From IMG/VR virus record IMGVR_UViG_3300027741_000028: DNA of 58,062 nt; one strand, 5' to 3'. The notes beneath the pieces were generated by a model. The model saw only the letters and a program-made list of their open reading frames with translations, searched no databases and was not told the DNA's origin. Within the stretch, counting starts at the first letter, position 1. Every line of letters starts with the position of its first letter. The DNA comes from an uncultured virus (IMG/VR IMGVR_UViG_3300027741_000028) (taxonomy: Duplodnaviria; Heunggongvirae; Uroviricota; Caudoviricetes). Made by a program: the position numbers and the translations under genes. Shown here piece by piece: positions 1 through 7,742 of this stretch.

Positions 1-1568
1 ACATCATCATCCATTTGATTCATATTTTCCAATTGGATTTGTTTTCTTATATCGTGATTGACAATTTCTTTGAAATATTGTTGAGTTGTTACCCAAGAAA
101 ATATAACCAAAGACATTACCATATCGTCATTGGCTCCTTGTTCAGCAGAGAATGAATTTTTTTGCTGAATAAAAGTTGTCAATTCGGAATATGTATCAAA
201 ATCGTTAATTAGAAGTTTATCACCTTCAATCAAAGTTTTAAGATTCGAACAACCAATCGCTTTGACTTGAGGTGACATCTTCAGTCCCATTTGAATGCCA
301 CGGGCAAAACCAGCCGATAATTGTTGAGGTTTTTTATTGCCTGTAAAAATCTTCCATAAGTTTTCATACTCAAAGTCGGTGTGCAATGACTCTGCAACTT
401 GAGGATTGTTATTAATTTCTACCAAAATGTATGCATCATTGTAATATCTGGCAGTATTATAGATGACGGTTGGGAAAAGAATAGGTGTGATTGATGAACT
501 CTTATATGTTGCTACTTGTTTATATGGTGTCTGTGAGATATCAATAACAGAGAATGCTGAACAGTCCAGATTTTTACCCTCCGAAACGTCTACACAGATA
601 GTATATAAATGGTCAGATTTGGCCTCATTGACACCTTCTTTGACCGGATGTTCATAGATTTTTAATAAATCGTGTTGGTCTACAGGATCTTTATATACCA
701 AACTCTGTAATTTGTAACCAGAAATAAGAGTATTAGATGAACCCAAAAACTCAGTTTCAAACTCCTGTGAGAACTGTCGTTGAGAAGTGTTACGAATTGT
801 TTCTTCTTTCCATTTTTCATCACGACCTGGTACGTGTGACCAATGGATTTCAAAGTTGACATAGTTATTTTTCTTGTTGATTGAATCCATCCATAACTTG
901 TAGAATAGATTCATACCATTAGGAGTGGAAACAATAATAATCTTTGTCTTTTTACCTGATGAAATTACAGGGTAAACGGAGTTAAAGAATTCTTCAGCAA
1001 TGTTTGTAGGAACGAAAGCGAATTCATCTAAGAATACAATGTTAAAAGAACCACCACGAATGGCGGAACTAGATGTGGACGCTGCGATAATCTTAGACCC
1101 GTTCTCTAGTTCTACATTACCTTTGTTCCAGGTAACCACACCTTGTTGAAGCCACATTGGTAGGTTTTCATATGCCAACTGATACTTGGAAAGAATATCA
1201 CGAGCAAGTGAACCTTTGTTGGCCAGAACGGCACAATTTTGTTGGTCTGTAAAGATGGTTGCCCATAACATATAGGCAACTGTTGTGGTAGTTTTACCGA
1301 CCTGACGAGGACACTTTGTGATAACAAAACGATTGTTCGCAAAGAGCTTTAACATCTGCTCTTGAAACTTCCACATCTTAAAGTTGATTAGACCTTCATC
1401 AACGTTAACAATCTTTATATAATTTTTGGCAAAATAGATTGGGTCTTTGGCACACTTGATGTATTCTTCAACCTGTTCCTGTGTATATTCTACCTTGACA
1501 CCGGCCTTTTTAAGTAACGGGTTGTCACGATAAGCTTCACCGTATTTTAAATCAACATCTTCAATCAT
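1..1568 (-). CDS. gp17: Terminase large subunit (3' end runs off the window; absent from the ORF track)
   Basis: ATG at 1568 reads MIEDVDLKYGEAYRDNPLLKKAG. Walker A KCPRQVGKTT (~1290-1320), Walker B IVFLDEFAF (~1015-1040) and an acidic nuclease region in the same frame near base 1. It overlaps the gp16 stop as in T4. Confidence 0.95.
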   Translation of the reverse strand, partial: MIEDVDLKYGEAYRDNPLLKKAGVKVEYTQEQVEEYIKCAKDPIYFAKNYIKIVNVDEGLINFKMWKFQEQMLKLFANNRFVITKCPRQVGKTTTTVAYMLWATIFTDQQNCAVLANKGSLARDILSKYQLAYENLPMWLQQGVVTWNKGNVELENGSKIIAASTSSSAIRGGSFNIVFLDEFAFVPTNIAEEFFNSVYPVISSGKKTKIIIVSTPNGMNLFYKLWMDSINKKNNYVNFEIHWSHVPGRDEKWKEETIRNTSQRQFSQEFETEFLGSSNTLISGYKLQSLVYKDPVDQHDLLKIYEHPVKEGVNEAKSDHLYTICVDVSEGKNLDCSAFSVIDISQTPYKQVATYKSSSITPILFPTVIYNTARYYNDAYILVEINNNPQVAESLHTDFEYENLWKIFTGNKKPQQLSAGFARGIQMGLKMSPQVKAIGCSNLKTLIEGDKLLINDFDTYSELTTFIQQKNSFSAEQGANDDMVMSLVIFSWVTTQQYFKEIVNHDIRKQIQLENMNQMDDD

Positions 1569-1977
1569 TCTTATTGTTCAGAAATTTATTTAATTCTGCC
1601 GTTGATCCTACAAAGATGGCCTTGTCGATCTTGGTATCGCCTTCTTTTTTCTTACCATCCATATCACGCATGGTCTTTTGAATGTTTAGAAGTTCTTTAT
1701 TGGCATCTACCATGTTTTTAAGTAAAGTACCATACACTTCAAAGGCTCTGGGGTGTTGACCTGCTTTGGCAATGTTTAATATTTCTTCCATGGCTTCTTT
1801 ACCCTGGTCAATAATTTCTTGCAGGTTTTCTTTTGACTGTTGGTAGGCATCAGTCAGGTCTTGCTTTACGTCTGGTTCATTATACTTTACTGTAACGATT
1901 TCAGAAGTCTTTTTCTTTTCTTCCTCAACTGGTGTTACATCAAATATCTGTTCCATATTTTTGTCAAATGTATTCAT
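1561..1977 (-). CDS. gp16: Terminase small subunit
   Basis: HPRAFEV and FVGSTAEL motifs typical of T4-like gp16; directly upstream of gp17. Confidence 0.92.
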   Translation of the reverse strand: MNTFDKNMEQIFDVTPVEEEKKKTSEIVTVKYNEPDVKQDLTDAYQQSKENLQEIIDQGKEAMEEILNIAKAGQHPRAFEVYGTLLKNMVDANKELLNIQKTMRDMDGKKKEGDTKIDKAIFVGSTAELNKFLNNKND

Positions 1978-1984
1978 AGTGATT

Positions 1985-1992
1985 TATTTATT
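1985..1992 (-). promoter_or_regulatory. T4-type late promoter variant AATAAATA, 7 nt before the gp16 ATG
   Basis: 7/8 match to TATAAATA, immediately downstream of a terminator. Confidence 0.6.
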
Positions 1993-2004
1993 AAAACAGG
2001 AAAT

Positions 2005-2028
2005 AAAAAAACTGCCCGAAGGCAGTTT
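2005..2028 (-). terminator. Rho-independent terminator with C(UUCG)G tetraloop
   Basis: Minus strand reads AAACTGCC-TTCG-GGCAGTTT followed by a T run, after the 215-aa ORF. Confidence 0.9.
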
Positions 2029-2046
2029 CTTTAATGTACATCAACA

Positions 2047-2694
2047 TTAAACAGGAACTTCTTCCCATTCAGCGTATACGTTGATAACGTGTGAAGTACC
2101 AGCAGCAGTACATGCCAAGCCTAACATCTGTCCAGGTGGAAGGATCAATGAACCGTCATATACTTCTGTATAAGTCAAAATTGCACCTGTTACAGCAGCA
2201 GCTGTTGGTCCACCCGCATTACGGAAAGCAGTACCGGCTGTAGAACCAGTAACTGGTAAGTTATTGAACAATCTTACTACTGAACCAGACTGTGCTAGTG
2301 AGGAGTTATTGTAAGCAGTATTACCAGAAGCAGTTGTAGAGGCTGTAATGTTTTGTGGGTTAGGAATAATATTCCAAACCAATGGACCACCAGGTGTACC
2401 TGATGTTGTTGCTTGTTGCAAACGAATTAGAACAATATTTTTACCACTGTTAGCAGGGTTGTAAATACCAATAATTGGTGTTCCTGTACCAGCTGCAATT
2501 GGTGATGCATGTGTTGATGCAAGTGTCAATGCGTTGACAAATGTACTGTATATAGCACCACGATAGGCTTGTTCATAGAAACGGCCGTGTAGTTCTGAAA
2601 CAATCATATCACCTAGTTGACCTTGGCGAATAGCTGGTGTAGAACCTGATGTGATTGACTGGCCTGGTGCGCCGACTTGTCCTTGAATAATCAT
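2047..2694 (-). CDS. Hypothetical, probably abundant virion protein (215 aa)
   Basis: Clean ORF with strong SD (CAGGAG), its own consensus late promoter and a terminator; beta-rich, G/A/S/T-rich. Confidence 0.75.
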   Translation of the reverse strand: MIIQGQVGAPGQSITSGSTPAIRQGQLGDMIVSELHGRFYEQAYRGAIYSTFVNALTLASTHASPIAAGTGTPIIGIYNPANSGKNIVLIRLQQATTSGTPGGPLVWNIIPNPQNITASTTASGNTAYNNSSLAQSGSVVRLFNNLPVTGSTAGTAFRNAGGPTAAAVTGAILTYTEVYDGSLILPPGQMLGLACTAAGTSHVINVYAEWEEVPV

Positions 2695-2735
2695 TTAAAA
2701 TCTCCTGTGTAGAAATGAGTATAGATATACTTGGT

Positions 2736-2743
2736 TATTTATA
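2736..2743 (-). promoter_or_regulatory. T4 late promoter consensus TATAAATA
   Basis: Perfect consensus in the intergenic gap upstream of 2694. Confidence 0.8.
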
Positions 2744-2750
2744 TATCCGT

Positions 2751-3209
2751 TTAAGTTAATAAATTGTCTCTGTTGTCTGGTCTGCCGATATCTTCTCTCC
2801 AAGACTGTAAATCTTCCCAGTTTAAATTCAGTCCCTGTACCAAAATATTATTCATAACACGTAATTCTGTTAAAACTTGTGTCTGAATATCTATAAGTCT
2901 GCTTAAATTACCATTGCTTTCTTGAGCAAAGTTCATCTCAATTGGTGAATTACTGGCTTCATAATACACGTTTAAGATATCGGTTGCACTATGTGTAGAC
3001 GTATCTAGTGACAAAGTTATTCTTGGTCCGGCTACTGAAGAAAGTCCAAGACCAGGTGCACCTGGCACATAAATTGGTGCGTTTTTTGTTACATTAATAA
3101 CAGCATACAATTTGTCAACTGCAAATCCTGGCAATTGTGAAAAATCCAATGTTCCACTACCAGAAACTCCTGGTGTAAACGCTGGTGAAAAGGCGGATAA
3201 AATTTTCAT
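2751..3209 (-). CDS. Hypothetical virion-associated protein (152 aa)
   Basis: ORF with SD (AGGAC) and AATAAATA at 3231-3238. The N-terminal half (FTP...LYAVINVT) loosely resembles the N-terminus of the 929-aa protein at 12106-14895. Confidence 0.7.
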   Translation of the reverse strand: MKILSAFSPAFTPGVSGSGTLDFSQLPGFAVDKLYAVINVTKNAPIYVPGAPGLGLSSVAGPRITLSLDTSTHSATDILNVYYEASNSPIEMNFAQESNGNLSRLIDIQTQVLTELRVMNNILVQGLNLNWEDLQSWREDIGRPDNRDNLLT

Positions 3210-3236
3210 TGATGTGTCCTAATTATCTACTATTTA

Positions 3237-4481
3237 TTAAAAGGCCAAATTATAAGTCAACATGGTAATTAGTGTTGGTGTAATTACACCATTCTGATAA
3301 ATTGCACCTGTTACGTTAACATTACCTGCTGCGATGTTACTTGATACGTTTAATGTATTACTTGTTACGATATTGGATGTAAATGTATTGGATACACTAA
3401 TGTTACCAGATGTTGTGTTACCAGAAATAGCTATGGAGTTGGAACTAATTACATTGGAACTAATTGTATTAGAAACACTAATATTACCTGATGTGGTATT
3501 ACCAGCAATAACTATGGAGTTGGCAGTAATTGTATTTGCAGTTGTTGTATTAGCAATTGTAACGTTACCAGTTGCATTAATATCTTTAACAAAGTTTGTT
3601 ACACGATTAAGAACCAGATTGGCAGTGGCTGTTGTTGTGCCAATTACCATATCTTGATTGGTTGCCGCTGAAACAATTGAATTATTTGATACTATTAAAC
3701 CACCAAGGTTTGATGTATTACTTGTAATTGAATATGCAATAACGTTTGCAATCAAAGTAGCAACGTTGGCTGCTGTTGCAGAACCAGCTGGTATTGTATT
3801 TGTTGTTGGGTCTTGTGATATACCTTTGAACAACAAGAAGTTATTTGAACCTGCTTGTCTTGCAAGACCAAAATAATTTACTGATGCACCTGTATTTGCA
3901 GCACCATAGAAACCTATGTCTAGTGTGTCAGAGTAAATATTATTGCTAGCAAGTGAAATTAATGAATCAGTTGTTATAACAGATATGGTATTAACAGTTG
4001 TTGTTGTACCACTGATAATTAAGTTACCAGTTACAGTTAAATCACCTGTAATTGTACCACCAGTATTTGCATTAATTGAATTGTTTGCTCTTGCGTATGC
4101 AGCATTAGCATATAGGCCTGCTGAGTTTGCTGCTGGCCAAACATAATTATTTGATTGAGCATATGCAGCGTTAGCATATTGTCCAGCAGAATTGGCTGTT
4201 GTCCATACCCAAGTATTTGATTGAGCATACACAGCATTGGCTTGAATATAAGCTGAGTTGGCTTGATTAAAAGCAGAATTTGTTTTTACAAAATCTGTTG
4301 AAATATTACTTACCGCATTGGCTAAATCAGAACTTCTTGCTAAAGTTATACCACCAACAGTAGAACCATCATGCACTGTTACTGTTTTTAATGTGGTATC
4401 AATGATAATCTCACCATTGGCACCAGTAATATTGGTCAACGTTGATGTTGGATATCTTCTAAGTTGTAGCGTCTTTGCCAT
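3237..4481 (-). CDS. Tail-fibre-like protein with major-tropism-determinant-type N-terminal domain
   Basis: N-terminus LQLRR...GANGEIIIDTTLKTVTVHDGSTVGG is a common fibre attachment module, followed by AN-rich heptads and beta-repeats with a duplicated GNTTSGNISVSNT. Confidence 0.7.
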   Translation of the reverse strand: MAKTLQLRRYPTSTLTNITGANGEIIIDTTLKTVTVHDGSTVGGITLARSSDLANAVSNISTDFVKTNSAFNQANSAYIQANAVYAQSNTWVWTTANSAGQYANAAYAQSNNYVWPAANSAGLYANAAYARANNSINANTGGTITGDLTVTGNLIISGTTTTVNTISVITTDSLISLASNNIYSDTLDIGFYGAANTGASVNYFGLARQAGSNNFLLFKGISQDPTTNTIPAGSATAANVATLIANVIAYSITSNTSNLGGLIVSNNSIVSAATNQDMVIGTTTATANLVLNRVTNFVKDINATGNVTIANTTTANTITANSIVIAGNTTSGNISVSNTISSNVISSNSIAISGNTTSGNISVSNTFTSNIVTSNTLNVSSNIAAGNVNVTGAIYQNGVITPTLITMLTYNLAF

Positions 4482-4506
4482 TTTTAAAAACCTTTAATTG
4501 AAAACA

Positions 4507-5490
4507 TTATACTTTATATTCAGTAATCACTGTATTTGCAGTATAAGAACTCGTTGCATTTGCTGTTGATGGTTTTGGAGTTATATCAATCTGTACAAAT
4601 TTCTTAGGTGCAATATTATAAGAAGTAAATTTATAATTTGCCAAACTATTGATACCATATATAGGTTGCGTAGATATAAAGTCTCCGTCTATGTTTGTCA
4701 AATGTAATTTATTATTTGTCCACATCACAACTTTTGCTGTGGCTGTTGATGTTTGTGGTGTATAACCTTGATAAACTGTTTCACCAAGTTGGTATGTTCC
4801 AGTACCAGTTGCGGCATTTATACTGAACTCTACAACATCATCTGCCGTTATTAGATTATATATTGATGTAATAGAATGTGTAATAACTTTTGCAGTTGAT
4901 GAACTACCAAAAATATAACCTTTGACAGTAAAGTTTAAGGTCCAAATAACCATTCTTGGATCTTTTTCTCGGTTACCCTCATACGTTATATCAGATTCAC
5001 ATGAATTTAATACAATAGGAACTTCTTTAATTATTCCCATTTCTGGTACCATGTTCAATTTAATTGTATAATCCGGTGTAAAGAATGGTAATATATGTTC
5101 CAATACTTGTGTACCATCTTCAATATTACGAACATAAAGATAAAGGTTAAAATCAAAATTGTATGGTACTGGATTGTATTGACCTATTGTGGCAGAATTT
5201 GATGTTGCATAATTCTTAATATTTGTGTTTTGTTTTCTGGAAGAATCATATGAAAGACCTGTCATTTCAAAAGACAATCTAGGCAAAGTCATTTGAACTT
5301 TTTTGTCCAAATCTGGATCTTCTTCCAGTCTCATCACATATGATTCTTTAGATGCATATGCAATAGGTATCAAAAATCTTTCGGCTTCTGTCAAATCTGG
5401 ATTGTATCTAACCAATTTGATATCATTGAATAGGTTACCAAAACCTACTACAAGTTTTCTAATTGTTCTGTTGTAATATGGTGTTGACAT
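4507..5490 (-). CDS. gp15: Tail sheath stabilizer / tail terminator
   Basis: YNRTIRKLVVGFGNLFNDI, LPRLSFE, QYNPVPYN and ILPFFTP motifs; follows gp14. Confidence 0.92.
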   Translation of the reverse strand: MSTPYYNRTIRKLVVGFGNLFNDIKLVRYNPDLTEAERFLIPIAYASKESYVMRLEEDPDLDKKVQMTLPRLSFEMTGLSYDSSRKQNTNIKNYATSNSATIGQYNPVPYNFDFNLYLYVRNIEDGTQVLEHILPFFTPDYTIKLNMVPEMGIIKEVPIVLNSCESDITYEGNREKDPRMVIWTLNFTVKGYIFGSSSTAKVITHSITSIYNLITADDVVEFSINAATGTGTYQLGETVYQGYTPQTSTATAKVVMWTNNKLHLTNIDGDFISTQPIYGINSLANYKFTSYNIAPKKFVQIDITPKPSTANATSSYTANTVITEYKV

Positions 5491-6371
5491 TAGATGGATC
5501 CAAATGGGTTAATTTCAGTAAAGTCAATAATTGAATTGGCTTCACCAAAGATATGTTGATTGTCATATACTTCATTTCTGCTAGCATCTGCCAACGGATC
5601 AAATGTGGTCAACGTATGTCTTGCATTACTTGTTACACCAATTACAAGTTTACCATCTACAAATTCACCAGTAATATTAGAAACACTTAATGTATTAGAT
5701 GTATTACTCCAGTGTTGTACTGTGGCAATAACAATTGCATTTGCATATGTGTTATCATTGGATTGAAACACAATTTCTTTTTGTGTATAGTTATTTGCAC
5801 CACGAGCCAGTGTCAAATCAATTGTATACGCAGATTGTGTAACCACATCATCAATCTCAAATACACCAGTGTCAATAACTTCTTGTGAGTATTTGAATTT
5901 CTCCATTTCCAATTCATAGTAATATGGAATCTTACGACCTAACATGAAGAAGTCTTTGGTCTGGTTCACAAATTTAATTTCAAACAATTCACCGGTACCA
6001 TTTAGAAAAGGTACATAAATTAAATCACCTTCTCTTGGTCTGGTGAATAGTGCTTGTGGTACTCGTTGTGAGAAAGAACGTTTAGAGATAATAACATTGA
6101 TGTTATTTTTAATCTCAAGGCCAAACTTAGAAAAGAATTCTCTTTCACCACCGTACTCCATAGAACTTGATAGATAGAATTCTACTGGAAATGCTGAATT
6201 GAATTTCTTAACCGGATCTTCACCATAAAGAATGTCTCGGTCTTCCTCATTAAATATAGGGCAATAATATGCATCAAAACCCATAATCTTAATAGATTCA
6301 GTAATTAAATCTTCTACTATCCTTTGTTCGGCTAGCGAGTTGTAGTTGTTAAAATATTGGTTGGTCGCAAT
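5490..6371 (-). CDS. gp14: Neck protein, extended to a probable non-canonical ATT start (293 aa)
   Basis: YGEDP, SKFGLEI and RPREGDLIY motifs. The frame stays open 29 codons above the track ATG (6284), reading IATNQYFNNYNSLAEQRIVEDLITESIKIMG, and is closed by an in-frame TAG at 6381-6383. Confidence 0.88.
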   Translation of the reverse strand: MATNQYFNNYNSLAEQRIVEDLITESIKIMGFDAYYCPIFNEEDRDILYGEDPVKKFNSAFPVEFYLSSSMEYGGEREFFSKFGLEIKNNINVIISKRSFSQRVPQALFTRPREGDLIYVPFLNGTGELFEIKFVNQTKDFFMLGRKIPYYYELEMEKFKYSQEVIDTGVFEIDDVVTQSAYTIDLTLARGANNYTQKEIVFQSNDNTYANAIVIATVQHWSNTSNTLSVSNITGEFVDGKLVIGVTSNARHTLTTFDPLADASRNEVYDNQHIFGEANSIIDFTEINPFGSI

Positions 6372-6372
6372 C

Positions 6373-6930
6373 TTAGGTGCCTACCTTTCTTCTCTCATCC
6401 CACCATAATTTCATTCTTTCTGAATGAGCTTTTTGTCTCATAGGATCATTTCTATATTTTTCTGCACTAATTTTGCCGGCATTACTTGCAAGTTTTGATG
6501 TATCATTATTTAACATTCTACTTGTTCTGGATTTTTCAATGTGCTCTTTGGATAGTTTTTTACCTTTTAAAAGATTTCTTAAAACTTCATTATGTTCTTC
6601 ACTATTCTTTGAATTTTTTCTGCCATTATGTAATGCTTCTGCATGTTCTTTGGATATTTTTCTTCCTCTTTTGGCCGCTGCCATCTTTTCTCTGGTTTCT
6701 GGTGAAGGAATTCTTCCTTTATTCATGTTTTTGTGTATCTCATGAATAATTTCTTCTTTACCAATATGGCCAGATAAAGCTTTCCATGCTACATTATCCT
6801 GCCAATTACCATATTTTTCCCACAACAATCTATGAGCTTCCGCATGTTCTTCTACGGTAAGTTCAATCAAATTGGATGGATCATCTGTTCCACCCATATG
6901 TTTTGGAATTATATGGTGTTTATGTTTCAT
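6373..6930 (-). mobile_element. Free-standing HNH homing endonuclease with NUMOD3-like DNA-binding repeats
   Basis: HHIIPKHMGGTDDPSNLIELTVEEHAEAH is an HNH motif. Basic repeats (SPETREKMAAAKRGRKISKEH, KGKKLSKEH) follow. It sits between gp13 and gp14 with 1-nt gaps. Confidence 0.9.
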
Positions 6931-6931
6931 A

Positions 6932-7705
6932 TTAATTCAATAGGAATTCTAGTGGTGCGCCATATTTGTCACCAATCTCAGCATGTAAGGCATTAATTTC
7001 ATTGTCGGCTTCTTGGTAAATTTTATCACCATTCAGAGTAACACCACCTGGTAATTGAATACCATTGAACTTTTTAAGGTTGTTACCCCATGAACGTTTG
7101 ATTAATGCAGTGGCATATTCTTTTAACCAACGGTCATTCCATGCCTGTACATAGATTGTTGGGTCAATCGTTGCATAACATTCTGCAATCACAGTGGTAC
7201 CTACTGGTGCTTCTGAATAACCCCATGCCCAATCAATATACAACCTTTGCATATGTCTTTGGAACCTAATAGGAACTTCACCAGAGAACAATGTTTCCAA
7301 TGAACGAAGATGTTGTTGTGTCATTGTGTAGTTGATATAGGATGCAGAGGTGAAGTCATACAACTCATTCAAACGTAATTGGTATCTCAAGTCAAACATA
7401 CTTACTGTTGATTGTGAATCTGTTACTGGAAATATTCTGGTGATACCAGCAATTTGTAATGCATTGTTTGAAGAATCTTTTGCCTGTGATATATCCAAAT
7501 ATTTGTTATTGATATCTGTTTGGTCTATCTTTTTAATATAATAAACTTTTTGTAGACCATCAAAGTGATAATCTTGCCAGTATTGTAATGCATCATCAAT
7601 ACGGTCTTCCACCTGGTCGTCATCAACGTTGATTTCAATTACAGGAAATCCTAATCTACGTAGACAGTAATCTTTAAAAGCGCTTCTTGATGTTATTGTG
7701 GCCAT
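6932..7705 (-). CDS. gp13: Neck protein
   Basis: YCLRRLGFPVIEINVDDDQVEDRIDDALQ and WGNNLKKFNGIQLPGGVTLNG motifs. Confidence 0.95.
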   Translation of the reverse strand: MATITSRSAFKDYCLRRLGFPVIEINVDDDQVEDRIDDALQYWQDYHFDGLQKVYYIKKIDQTDINNKYLDISQAKDSSNNALQIAGITRIFPVTDSQSTVSMFDLRYQLRLNELYDFTSASYINYTMTQQHLRSLETLFSGEVPIRFQRHMQRLYIDWAWGYSEAPVGTTVIAECYATIDPTIYVQAWNDRWLKEYATALIKRSWGNNLKKFNGIQLPGGVTLNGDKIYQEADNEINALHAEIGDKYGAPLEFLLN

Positions 7706-7727
7706 TTATTTTCCCCTCTATTGGGGG

Positions 7728-7735
7728 TATTTATG
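7728..7735 (-). promoter_or_regulatory. Late promoter variant CATAAATA upstream of gp13
   Basis: 7/8 match to TATAAATA in the short intergenic gap. Confidence 0.6.
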
Positions 7736-7742
7736 TAATGTA

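Noticed and set aside
1..1568. Intein or intron in the terminase large subunit
   Set aside because: The start and the window-edge sequence are in the same frame, and ~520 codons is normal for gp17 with the expected motif spacing.
3237..4481. Enrichment of N-X-S/T glycosylation sequons
   Set aside because: About 14 of 59 Asn are in sequons by manual count, roughly what the high Ser/Thr content predicts.
6373..6930. Group I intron housing the HNH gene
   Set aside because: The ORF fills the gp13-gp14 gap with 1 nt on each side, leaving no non-coding room for a ribozyme core.
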